From contig MFTH01000013.1 in the NCBI GenBank assembly GCA_001786765.1, positions 19,974 through 83,973 on the forward strand: a DNA stretch of 64,000 bases, in the 5' to 3' direction. The first letter of the stretch is position 1. Every line of letters begins with the position of its first letter. The stretch comes from Candidatus Nomurabacteria bacterium RIFCSPHIGHO2_01_FULL_37_25. Its GTDB lineage: Bacteria; Patescibacteriota; Minisyncoccia; Phycocordibacterales; UBA9973. The position numbers and the translations under genes are program-made. Below the pieces are notes generated by a model. That model worked only from the letters and a program-made list of their open reading frames with translations, was not told the origin of the DNA and did not search any database. Shown here piece after piece: positions 37,950 through 47,284 of this stretch.

Positions 37950-40172
37950 TTACTCCTGCACGCTGTAAATAATTCGCGTGGTAGTGAGGCTTTTGCTCTT
38001 CAGATTCTTCACTCGCACCTCAACCGGATACTTTTTAGAAGCGCTATCCACAGGAACACGAATCAGCATAGCCCCCCAAAACGTGCCGCCATCAGAATTT
38101 ACACTGACAGGATTCGTAAAATAAGATTCATACGACCAGCCCCTCGGAACTTTTGCGCTGATCTCAAAATCAGAAGAACCACAAAGTACACTATCGATAT
38201 TTTGTAAAATAATATAAAAATAAGAATAGCCCCCCGGGGAAACATCTACTGGTTTAGGATCTCCTGGAGCGCCTCCTCCAGCTATTTGCGGGTACAATAA
38301 TACAACCGCTGGTTTTTGGCGGACACATTTAGGTGAAAGAATCTTTACTTTAAAAGTAATACTAGAATCATCTTGGGCAAGAACGGGGCCGATAACTATA
38401 CCTTGTCCCGGGTCAAACAAACTCTTGCCTCCTTTGAGAAGGGCTACATCTGCCCAGTCTTTGTAGTCCGATGATTTCGGCGTCATATCGAGCAGTCTAG
38501 AAAATGGATATGAGAAAGGCGATAAAGCGCTGTTTATCAGAAGCCCGTTTTGATTGCTGGCCGCCTGGGGAGCATTGCTGACTATACCCGCATCAAACCC
38601 TTTTGGTCGCCGATATTCAACGTAGTAAGGCGCGCTTGGAAAAGACGGCGGAAAAATCTTTGCCGCGCGAACTCCCGATCCAGATTCTAAGGCATCGATG
38701 GTGTATGTTCCTGAAGTGGTAATGGCAAGTGGAGAATCCAACCAGCCCAAGACATCCTTAAAAAAGGCGTTGAAATGAAGCGCGATTGACCCATTACCCA
38801 TAACATCAAACAAATTTCCGTATTCAATATGTTGGCAATTGGAACCCGAGAGAACTTTTTTTGCCCCACATTCCCATGAGTTAGCGTGATACACCCCTAA
38901 ATTGTGTCCAAGCTCATGGCTAAGAATAAAATCTAAGACCGTAAACTCAAAGGGGCGAGTGCCAATAAATGTTGACCACTGGTACGAAAAATTTTGGAGA
39001 CTCCCGATCCACGCAAAAGAAAGGCGATGAATTTCCTCCCCAAGCGATATATCCAACTTTCCGATGCTAGCGAACCCACCACCCATGCTGTCATGGTTAG
39101 CGAAAAAGACGAGTCGCCCGTAGTTTTTTAGATTAATGCCCTCTGATTGAATAAATGAATATATGCCATCGTAATCACTCTCACCCTGGGACATAGGGAC
39201 CTGTGGCCATCGCCTATTTCCAGAAGCATCAATTCCATTACGCGGGGCTGTATACCATCCCACAACATCTCCGCTCCAAGATGTTTTGCCATACGAAACC
39301 TCGTGATAAAACTCCTGCATATTGCTTTCAAAAACTAATCTTTCTGCTTCGTCTCTTGTAAAGGGAACGGGCGGAGAATCAAGGAAATTTATGAGCACAA
39401 TAAGCGTTTTTTGCTCTCCAATACTATCCTGTTGCTCGGTTGCTTGAAGCACCTCAAAAGTATTGTCCGCCGCGACCGCGACTATATTCTCTCCGATCTG
39501 ATATCCTTTTACACGTACGCGAGAGCTCGGCATAAGAGGTTGGCTTGATCCAACAGGATAAAAACTATAACGCTTATTCTCTTGGCGAAGAAAATATTGA
39601 AACTCATCTGTTCTTTTCTCAAAGTCATCTTTGTGAATAACCTCCAAAGTAGCCTCTAAAACCACCGGTTGCTCTGCCTCTCTTTTTACTTCTTCTGGTA
39701 GATCAGCAAGTACAGTTTCTGGGAAAAGTTCCATAAATGCGGTGGCTGGGTCATTTTTAAGGAGCGTGGAAAGTAAATTGCTTCGTTCCCGCAAAAGCTT
39801 GCGCATGGCAGTAATGCTTGTGGTACGGGTTGCTCCGACTTCATTTTTTACTTTTTTGGCAAGTTTTATGGCTTTACCAGAAACCTCTCGTATCTTTTTA
39901 CTTTCTGTGGTCTCCTGGGCACGGATGGAAAAAGTGGGGAACACATCTTCTGACTCTATATACGCAGTATCTTCCTCCATAGCCAGTGTTTTCTCAAATG
40001 TACCCGAGCGGGACGCAAGTAGAGCAAAAGCCACTACCATTCCTACTACAAACATGCCTATCAAAGTCAAAGTGAACAGCGACACACGCTTTTTACCTAT
40101 CACGACAAAATTTCCTTTAAGGAGGTCGAGTGAATGTTTTACCAGTTTGTCTGCGGGGCGGAGAGGGTCCAT
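37950..40172 (-). CDS. Membrane-anchored metzincin protease (M11 gametolysin/M6-like) with C-terminal Ig-like domain
   Basis: HELGHNLGVYHAN, EYGN.FDVMG Met-turn, YYVEYR; start likely ATG 40172. Confidence 0.8.
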   Translation of the reverse strand: MDPLRPADKLVKHSLDLLKGNFVVIGKKRVSLFTLTLIGMFVVGMVVAFALLASRSGTFEKTLAMEEDTAYIESEDVFPTFSIRAQETTESKKIREVSGKAIKLAKKVKNEVGATRTTSITAMRKLLRERSNLLSTLLKNDPATAFMELFPETVLADLPEEVKREAEQPVVLEATLEVIHKDDFEKRTDEFQYFLRQENKRYSFYPVGSSQPLMPSSRVRVKGYQIGENIVAVAADNTFEVLQATEQQDSIGEQKTLIVLINFLDSPPVPFTRDEAERLVFESNMQEFYHEVSYGKTSWSGDVVGWYTAPRNGIDASGNRRWPQVPMSQGESDYDGIYSFIQSEGINLKNYGRLVFFANHDSMGGGFASIGKLDISLGEEIHRLSFAWIGSLQNFSYQWSTFIGTRPFEFTVLDFILSHELGHNLGVYHANSWECGAKKVLSGSNCQHIEYGNLFDVMGNGSIALHFNAFFKDVLGWLDSPLAITTSGTYTIDALESGSGVRAAKIFPPSFPSAPYYVEYRRPKGFDAGIVSNAPQAASNQNGLLINSALSPFSYPFSRLLDMTPKSSDYKDWADVALLKGGKSLFDPGQGIVIGPVLAQDDSSITFKVKILSPKCVRQKPAVVLLYPQIAGGGAPGDPKPVDVSPGGYSYFYIILQNIDSVLCGSSDFEISAKVPRGWSYESYFTNPVSVNSDGGTFWGAMLIRVPVDSASKKYPVEVRVKNLKSKSLTTTRIIYSVQE

Positions 40173-40308
40173 AGCTTTCATTATAACATGGATGTAATAA
40201 ACACATGCAAAATTATGTAGTTCAATTTTATGGCATGATGTCTAAAAACGCATATTCGGGCATCAGGTTTTATTATTTTTAGTTTTTCGTGCTGTTTTTT
40301 TACGTATC

Positions 40309-41088
40309 TTATTCCATCTTCCCCTTAAACACAAACATCGCTTCACCACGAAGAATGATTTCATCTTTTTCATTTTCTGATAGATGTAAATTCCCACCGG
40401 GAAATTCTAGAGTTATTTCGTCTTTATTTTTAAGGTTTTTTTGAAGAATTGCATAAACAGCGCAAGCGCCAGTACCACAAGCGAGGGTCGCCCCAGATCC
40501 GCGTTCCCAGACTTTCACTTTAAAATAATCCTCTGAAACTTTTTCTATAAACTCTACATTTATTTTATTTGGGAAATGAGAATCAGTCTCTATTTTAGGA
40601 CCAATTTCTGATATGTTAATTAAGGAAAGATCTTTTACTATACCCACAGCGTGGGGGTTACCCATGGAAACAAAATTGAATTCAATATTTTCTAATTTAA
40701 GAGATTTTTCGGGAAAATCAAGATGTGAAAATACAGGAATTCCCATATTTACAGAAAAGCTTCCATCGTCGTTGCATACTACTTTCTTCACTCCAGCCCT
40801 CGTATCAATCGATAACTCTCTCTTATGAGATTTTATCTGTTCTATAAAAAATTTAGCTATGCATCTCACTCCATTGCCACACATTTCTGCCACGCTACCA
40901 TCAGCATTGTAATAATTCATAAAACAATCTGCCTTGTCGGACGACTCAAGAAGTATTAAACCATCTGCGCCTATACCAAAATGCCTGTCGCACAAAAGTT
41001 TGATGTTTTTAATATCAAAACTCTTATCACGATTATCAATTATGATAAAATCATTCCCCGCGCCATGATATTTATAAAATTCTTTCAT
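40309..41088 (-). CDS. dapF: Diaminopimelate epimerase
   Basis: GAGNDF, MCGNG, MGNPH, ERG.G.TLACGTG. Confidence 0.97.
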   Translation of the reverse strand: MKEFYKYHGAGNDFIIIDNRDKSFDIKNIKLLCDRHFGIGADGLILLESSDKADCFMNYYNADGSVAEMCGNGVRCIAKFFIEQIKSHKRELSIDTRAGVKKVVCNDDGSFSVNMGIPVFSHLDFPEKSLKLENIEFNFVSMGNPHAVGIVKDLSLINISEIGPKIETDSHFPNKINVEFIEKVSEDYFKVKVWERGSGATLACGTGACAVYAILQKNLKNKDEITLEFPGGNLHLSENEKDEIILRGEAMFVFKGKME

Positions 41089-41097
41089 AATTTTATT

Positions 41098-42198
41098 TTA
41101 CTTTATGTAACCCTTTTTTACCAATAATTCAGCAGTCAATACGCTTCCACCGGCTGCGCCCCTTATGGTATTGTGTGATAACGCGACGCATTTCCAACCT
41201 AAAACAGGATCTACCCTAATACGACCGACGCTAATTCCCATACCATTATATAAATCTCGGTCAAGCTTTGTCTGCGGTCGGTCCGGCTCCTTGAAATATG
41301 TCAGGAATGCTTTCGGGGCGGAAGGTAATTTAAAGATATCTAAGGGGTTGTTGAAATTTTTTAAAGATTTTATAAGTTTTTCTTTTGAAACCTTTTTTTT
41401 AAATTTAATATTTATTGTTGCCATATGACCATCAGCAACAGGAACTCGGACACAATTAGCTGATATTTTTGGTATGTTTTTAAAAACAAATCCGCCTTTT
41501 TTAATCTTATTTATTTTGCCAAAAATTTTTTTTGGTTCTCTTTCAGATTTTTCTTCTTCCCCGCCTATGTAAGGGATAACATTATCAACCATTTCCGGCC
41601 AAGAGTTAAAAGTTTTGCTTGCCCCAGAAATTGCTTGATAAGTTGAAACAATTACTTTTTGTGGTTGAAAATTTCTCCAGGCAAACAAAAGTGGCGCATA
41701 AGATTGAATAGAACAATTTGGTTTGGTAACAATAAACCCGGTCGTCCAGCCACGATTCTTTTTCTGTATAGGAATAATATCCAAATGATGAGGATTAATC
41801 TCGGGCATAATCATAGGTATATCGGATGTCCATCGATGCGCCGAATTATTAGAAATAACTGGGAGCCCGGCTTTCGCATAAGCTTCCTCAATTTTTTTGA
41901 TAAAATCCTTATCAGCATCAATAGCCGAAAAAACAAAACTGCATTTTTGAGAAATAGTATCTAAATCATCTTCTATAGAGCCCACAATAAACTCTCCCAC
42001 GTCTTTTGGGATTGATTCTTTTTGCGACCATCGCCCTTTTACGGCTTGTTCATACGTTTTACCAGAAGACTTTCTAGAAGCCGCAACATATGTGACAGTA
42101 AACCATGGATGGTCTTTTAATAAACAAACAAACCTTTGACCAACCATGCCGGTCGCTCCTAATATACCAACTGAAATTTTTTTATTTAATTTTTTCAT
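41098..42198 (-). CDS. asd: Aspartate-semialdehyde dehydrogenase
   Basis: GATGMVGQ, KPNCS, QAISGA, HNTIRGAAG. Confidence 0.96.
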   Translation of the reverse strand: MKKLNKKISVGILGATGMVGQRFVCLLKDHPWFTVTYVAASRKSSGKTYEQAVKGRWSQKESIPKDVGEFIVGSIEDDLDTISQKCSFVFSAIDADKDFIKKIEEAYAKAGLPVISNNSAHRWTSDIPMIMPEINPHHLDIIPIQKKNRGWTTGFIVTKPNCSIQSYAPLLFAWRNFQPQKVIVSTYQAISGASKTFNSWPEMVDNVIPYIGGEEEKSEREPKKIFGKINKIKKGGFVFKNIPKISANCVRVPVADGHMATINIKFKKKVSKEKLIKSLKNFNNPLDIFKLPSAPKAFLTYFKEPDRPQTKLDRDLYNGMGISVGRIRVDPVLGWKCVALSHNTIRGAAGGSVLTAELLVKKGYIK

Positions 42199-43096
42199 TT
42201 TTATTGCTTATTAAAGTCCCTGTACTTGTCGGATTAAAAGTGTTTTTGATGTAAATAGGTATATTTTTAAAAACTGCTGGTTTGATAGCTTTAGGATGAA
42301 TAACTTTCGCGCCATTATATGCCATCTCTTCCGCTTTTTCATAAGATATATCTCTGATAAGAAATGTGTTTTTTATTTTTCTGGGATCGGCTGTCATGAT
42401 ACCGTCAACATCAGTCCATATCTCAATTGCTGATGCGTCAAGCGCCGCGCCTACTAAAGAAGCAGTATAATCAGACCCCCCGCGACCAAGAGTCGTAGTT
42501 GTTCCGTTTTTTGTAGAAGCAATAAATCCACCCATAATAACTATGTTATGTTTGTTTTTTAAGCATTCTGAAATAAGTTTATAGGAAGTTTCTATATCCA
42601 CATTTGCATTGCCAAAGTTATCATCTGTCTTGATAATATTTCTTGAATCAACAAATTCACATAAAACACCCCTGCTTTTTATTATTTCACTTATTATGTA
42701 CGATGATAACTGCTCGCCAAAACTCATCACGACATCTAAAGAAGACAAAGGAATTTCTTGCGTTGAAAAAATATTTTTTATTATTTCTTCTAGTTCTTTA
42801 TATTTTTTATCTATTTCTTTTAATATATTTTTGTTCTTTTTTGAATCAATTAATTCCTCAACAATTTGGTCATGTTTTTCGCAAATATTTTTAAAAATTA
42901 TCTTATATGCAAGGTCTCTTTTGGAAGCAAAATTTGCAAGTTTTATAAGATCGTCAGTAATGCCGCTTAAAGCAGAAACAACTATAAATATGTCATCTTT
43001 TTTAGCTTGCGACTCTAACACAATATCAATAACTTTGTTGATATTAGAAGCGTGAGCTACTGACGTGCCGCCAAATTTCATAATTTTAATGCTCAT
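42182..43096 (-). CDS. lysC: Aspartokinase, catalytic domain only (no ACT domains)
   Basis: KFGGTSV, TTLGRGGSD, WTDVDGIMTADPR; ends just after NTFNP..GTLI. Confidence 0.93.
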   Translation of the reverse strand: MSIKIMKFGGTSVAHASNINKVIDIVLESQAKKDDIFIVVSALSGITDDLIKLANFASKRDLAYKIIFKNICEKHDQIVEELIDSKKNKNILKEIDKKYKELEEIIKNIFSTQEIPLSSLDVVMSFGEQLSSYIISEIIKSRGVLCEFVDSRNIIKTDDNFGNANVDIETSYKLISECLKNKHNIVIMGGFIASTKNGTTTTLGRGGSDYTASLVGAALDASAIEIWTDVDGIMTADPRKIKNTFLIRDISYEKAEEMAYNGAKVIHPKAIKPAVFKNIPIYIKNTFNPTSTGTLISNKNEKIK

Positions 43097-43132
43097 TCTG
43101 TTGAAAAATTAATTTTTTTTTATAATCTTTCA

Positions 43133-44356
43133 TTATAACTTTAAGCTCTCTTGAATACTTTCAATAGCTTTTTTTATGTCTTGTTTATTTCCGAATGCAG
43201 TCAAACGAACATAACCTTCTCCTTGCGTCCCAAAACCAGAACCCGGAGTGACGACAACATGCGCTTCTTTTAACAATTTATTGAAAAATTCCCAAGAACT
43301 CAAATTGTCAGGATTTTTTAACCAAATATAAGGCGCGTGTTCCCCTCCAAAAACTTTCAGGCCAAGTTTCAAAAGGTTCTTTTTTATCAAGGTTGCGTTG
43401 CTCATATAATAAGCAATTATTTTTTTACTTTCTTTTTGACCGGCAACCGATAGCGCCGCCAAGGCGCCTTCCTGCGCGATGTTAGATGCTCCGTTAAACA
43501 TGCTGCCCTGACGCCTAGCCCAAACATTATTAATCTTGCCTTCTTTCACCTCTTCCGCAATCAAATCCATAGGCACAACAGTCCAGCCCAGTCGGACGCC
43601 AGTAAAACCCGCCCATTTAGAAAAACTATTTATTTCTATGGCGCACTTTTTAGCCCCCTCTATTTCATATATGCTTTTAGGAAAAGATTCATCAGAAATA
43701 TATTCAACATAGGCTGCGTCAAAAATTATAACTGCTTTGTTTTTTAACGCATAATCAACAAAATCTTTTAATTGTTTTTTTGTGGCAACAGCCCCAGTGG
43801 GATTATTTGGATTACAGAGATAAATTATATCTACTTTTTGCTTTGGCGGAGAAGGTATGAAATTATTTTTTTCATTACATTCCATATATACTAAATTTTC
43901 ATATTTTCCATTAGCAAATTTTCCTGTCCTACCGGCAATAACAGCGCTGTCTAAATACACCGGATAGACAGGGTCCGCAATAGCCACAACATTATCTAAC
44001 CCAAAAATTGATTGGATATTGGCTGAATCCGATTTCGCTCCATCGCTGATGAAAATTTCTTGCTGGTCTAAATCAATTTTTCTTTTTTTATAAAAATCAA
44101 CCAAAGCATTTCGCAATCTGATGTCGCCTTGCGTATCTCCATAGCCAGTGTATGTTTTGATTTTGGCAAGCTTTTCCACCCCTTTCTTTAGTCCTTTGAT
44201 AACAGTCGGAGTTAAAGGCAAGATGGTGTCGCCAATGCCCAGCCGCATAATTTCTATCCCCGGATTTTTTTCCATAAAATCTTTGGCGCGTTTGGCTATT
44301 TCAGAAAACAGATATGCGCCTTGCAGTTTATTGTAATTTTTATTAACACTAGCCAT
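43133..44356 (-). CDS. dapL: LL-diaminopimelate aminotransferase
   Basis: YLFSEI, LGIGD, SDGAKSD, PNNPTG, SFSKWAGFTGVRLG, FNGASNIAQ. Confidence 0.96.
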   Translation of the reverse strand: MASVNKNYNKLQGAYLFSEIAKRAKDFMEKNPGIEIMRLGIGDTILPLTPTVIKGLKKGVEKLAKIKTYTGYGDTQGDIRLRNALVDFYKKRKIDLDQQEIFISDGAKSDSANIQSIFGLDNVVAIADPVYPVYLDSAVIAGRTGKFANGKYENLVYMECNEKNNFIPSPPKQKVDIIYLCNPNNPTGAVATKKQLKDFVDYALKNKAVIIFDAAYVEYISDESFPKSIYEIEGAKKCAIEINSFSKWAGFTGVRLGWTVVPMDLIAEEVKEGKINNVWARRQGSMFNGASNIAQEGALAALSVAGQKESKKIIAYYMSNATLIKKNLLKLGLKVFGGEHAPYIWLKNPDNLSSWEFFNKLLKEAHVVVTPGSGFGTQGEGYVRLTAFGNKQDIKKAIESIQESLKL

Positions 44357-44370
44357 CCTTATTATAAAAT

Positions 44371-45291
44371 TTAAATTAATTTTAATTCTTGCAAAACCTT
44401 TTTTACCAGAATTTTATTTCTATCTTCAATGAGAGTCAGTGGCAACCTCAAACTCTCCGTAATTATTCCCATTAAAGACAACGCTGTCTTAACCGGAATC
44501 GGATTAGATTCAACAAAATTAACATCCATCAAAGGAAGTATCTTAAAATGCAATTTTCTTGCTTCCTTAAAATCACCTTTCAAAGCAAAATGAATCATCT
44601 CAGAAAACAATTTAGGAACCTCGTTGCAAACAACTGAAATACAACCCTTGCCTCCGATGGACACAAGAGGCAAAGCTAGAGCATCATCTCCAGATAAAAC
44701 AAAAAAGTCTTTGGGACCATTTTTCTCCACTTCATTAATAATTTCCATCATCTGATTTAAAGAACCAGAAGCTTCCTTGACTGCCACAACTTCCGGCACT
44801 TCTCGGGCAATTCTTACTATGGTTTGAGGAGAAACATTAGATCCAGTCCGCCCCGGAACATTGTAAATAATAATGGGCATATTTAAAGCTTTGGCAATTT
44901 CTTTGAAATGAAGAACTAGCCCATTAGGAGTTGGCTTGTTGTAATAAGGGGTTACATGAAGCAAACCATCCGCTCCGGCGGACTTTGCAAGTTTTGAAAA
45001 ATGAATTGCTTTTTTAGTGTCATTTGAACCAGCTCCGGCAATCACTGGAACTCTAATCTTTCTTGTAGGAAATTTTTTAACGACCGCAACTACCGTCTGT
45101 ATAACCGCCACATATTCCTCATCATTTAATGTAGCCGCTTCTCCGGTAGAACCAGCCACTACGATCGCATCCACTCCGCCTTCTATTTGATATTTAACTA
45201 ATTTCTCTAAAGCTAACAAATCCAGCTCTCCATTTTTTTTAAACGGAGTAACTATTGCCGGTATAGAACCAAAAAATTTTATCTTATTCAT
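44371..45291 (-). CDS. dapA: 4-hydroxy-tetrahydrodipicolinate synthase
   Basis: GSTGE, PYYNKP, YNVPGRTG, KEASG, SGDD, ESNPIPVK. Confidence 0.97.
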   Translation of the reverse strand: MNKIKFFGSIPAIVTPFKKNGELDLLALEKLVKYQIEGGVDAIVVAGSTGEAATLNDEEYVAVIQTVVAVVKKFPTRKIRVPVIAGAGSNDTKKAIHFSKLAKSAGADGLLHVTPYYNKPTPNGLVLHFKEIAKALNMPIIIYNVPGRTGSNVSPQTIVRIAREVPEVVAVKEASGSLNQMMEIINEVEKNGPKDFFVLSGDDALALPLVSIGGKGCISVVCNEVPKLFSEMIHFALKGDFKEARKLHFKILPLMDVNFVESNPIPVKTALSLMGIITESLRLPLTLIEDRNKILVKKVLQELKLI

Positions 45292-45299
45292 ATTTTTTT

Positions 45300-45995
45300 T
45301 TATATTTTAAATAAGTCTTCAAATGCGTGTATTCCTTTTTTGTTTTTAATAAATTCAGCCGCGACTAATGCCCCTTTGGCAAACCCGACTCTATTATATG
45401 CTTGATGAGACAAGGTTATGCCGTCAGCGTTACTATCAAACACAACCTCATGGAAACCCGGATTCCTGCCGGCTCTAACAGAAGTAAAGTTAAGTCCCTT
45501 AATTTTATCTGCTATTTTTAAAGCTGTGCCAGAAGGACTATCCAATTTTGTTTTATGATGAATTTCCAATCCATACACATCATAATCTGGAAATCTGGAA
45601 AGAAGTTTCGCAGAAAAATCTATTATTTTAAAAAAAATATTAACTCCAACGGAAAAATTCGGGCTATACACCAAACCTATTTTATATTTTTTAATTATTT
45701 TCCTAACTATTTCTAAATCACCAGACCATCCAGTCGTGCCAACAACTAAGTTCACACCGAGTTTTGCAACCTCTTCGATATTTTTCAACACTACATCTTT
45801 TGATGTAAAATCAATAGCCACGTCTGCTTTGGCAATACTTTTAAGATCCAACTTGTCATTTATATTTTTATAATTAATAGAAACAATTTCAAAATCTCTA
45901 GAATCTCGACACAATGCGTCGATTTCCTGACCCATTTTACCATAACCTATCAAGGCGATTTTTACTCTATTTGTTTTGCTTATTTTATTTAACAT
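45300..45995 (-). CDS. dapB: 4-hydroxy-tetrahydrodipicolinate reductase
   Basis: GYGKMG, GTTGW, NFSVG, EIHHKTKLDSPSGTA, FAKGA. Confidence 0.95.
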   Translation of the reverse strand: MLNKISKTNRVKIALIGYGKMGQEIDALCRDSRDFEIVSINYKNINDKLDLKSIAKADVAIDFTSKDVVLKNIEEVAKLGVNLVVGTTGWSGDLEIVRKIIKKYKIGLVYSPNFSVGVNIFFKIIDFSAKLLSRFPDYDVYGLEIHHKTKLDSPSGTALKIADKIKGLNFTSVRAGRNPGFHEVVFDSNADGITLSHQAYNRVGFAKGALVAAEFIKNKKGIHAFEDLFKI

Positions 45996-46025
45996 ACCAT
46001 TTTTATTATACTACACCCTTTATCA

Positions 46026-46162
46026 TGAATTACGAAACTCGTCGAAGGCATGTCTTTTTTAGGGGGTTTCGAGGCTGTCGAGCCGAGAACTTCAGGATTT
46101 TTTAAACTTAAAAAAATCCGTACCCTAGAAAAAGACATGCCTAGAAAGAGTTTCGTAATTCA
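46026..46162. mobile_element. Y-shaped MITE/REP-like element, arm type B, copy 1; overlaps 3' end of the IMPase gene
   Basis: TGAATTACGAAACTC..GGCATGTCTTTT / AAAAGACATGCC..GAGTTTCGTAATTCA; shared core. Confidence 0.9.
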
Positions 46163-46905
46163 AAGTTTATCAGCTTTTTAATCTGGTCATAAATCATGGC
46201 ATTGCTAGCAATAATTCCCTCTGTGGTAGAGGTTAAAGCCTCACCATTGAAATCAGTAAACTTTCCACCAGCCTCTTCTACTAAAAGCTTCCCGGCAAAT
46301 TCTGGAAATGTATCATAATTAAAAGAAATAGCAAAATCCGCCCTACCACAAGCCACATAAGCGTAATGCACTCCCAGAGAACCGAGGTTCCTCATCACGC
46401 TACTATTTTGCGATAAAATGGAAATGGTTTTTAAAAATTTTTCTCTGTGCGGAGGAACTGCGTATGGACCAATCATAAAAATCATGTCTTGATTGCGCTT
46501 AGAAACATAAACTCTTTTATTATTTAAAAATGTTCCTTTGCCTTTTTCTGCGGTAAATAATTCTTTATTGGAGGGATCATAAACTACCGCAAACTGCGTT
46601 TCTCCTTTATAAAGATGACTTAACACCACCGAATAGTGAGGCATGCCTTGAATAAAATTTATTGTATTACTAATAGGATCAATGATCCAGACATTTTCAT
46701 CTTCAATAAAAATATTGTGCATCTCTTCAGCATAGACTGAATGAGCGCCCGGAAAAGTATTTATCAGATTAGCAAGTTCTGTTTCTATTTCTATATCTTT
46801 CTGCGTCAACCATTGTTTGCTTTTCCCTACATCAAGGGTATGTCCCGCAATAGCCGGAAGTGAGTCCCCAAGCTCAACTATTTTTTTAATTATTTCTTGA
46901 TACAT
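46141..46905 (-). CDS. Inositol monophosphatase (SuhB-like)
   Basis: AEE, WIIDPISNTINF, ACGRAD, EEAGG; some catalytic positions diverged. Confidence 0.85.
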   Translation of the reverse strand: MYQEIIKKIVELGDSLPAIAGHTLDVGKSKQWLTQKDIEIETELANLINTFPGAHSVYAEEMHNIFIEDENVWIIDPISNTINFIQGMPHYSVVLSHLYKGETQFAVVYDPSNKELFTAEKGKGTFLNNKRVYVSKRNQDMIFMIGPYAVPPHREKFLKTISILSQNSSVMRNLGSLGVHYAYVACGRADFAISFNYDTFPEFAGKLLVEEAGGKFTDFNGEALTSTTEGIIASNAMIYDQIKKLINFELRNSF

Positions 46906-46970
46906 TATATTAGAGAGTAACAGAAGAAGCCCTGTTTATCAATAAAGATAAACTGTTTTTTGCCAAATAA

Positions 46971-47122
46971 AAAAGCATTAATCTCTAAACAATCCTTTTG
47001 AAGCTAAGCTCCAAGAGTAACAAATTATTAGAGGATAGCGCCAGTCACGCCAGAGGCGAACCAGAACGTCCTGCGCAAACTCGTATAACCGATGGCTGAT
47101 TGCTTAGAGATTAATGCCTTCT
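46971..47122 (-). ncRNA. ssrS: Probable 6S RNA
   Basis: ~27-bp closing stem whose mismatches resolve to G-U only on the minus strand, central bubble with 3' hairpin, irregular apical stem. Confidence 0.6.
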
Positions 47123-47140
47123 AATTTTTATTTATAAAAA

Positions 47141-47164
47141 TTACCCTGAGTAAAATCGAAGGGT
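47141..47164 (-). repeat. REP-like CCCTTCGATTTTACTCAGGGTAA
   Basis: Similar to in-frame CCTCTCGACTAAACTCGGGGCAA at 30043-30065. Confidence 0.55.
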
Positions 47165-47284
47165 CAACCTCTGCTGATATATTCTACTACATTGAAATCA
47201 CTACAAATGCTATAATGTGCATAGCTATGTTGATACTGTGTTAATAACTATACCACTTCCGCAGTGTAGCATAATGTTAAGCTA

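Noticed and set aside
46920-47180. Lysine riboswitch upstream of the dap genes
   Set aside because: Conserved lysine-riboswitch elements not found in order; rod-like fold fits 6S better, and dapB has its own -10 box.
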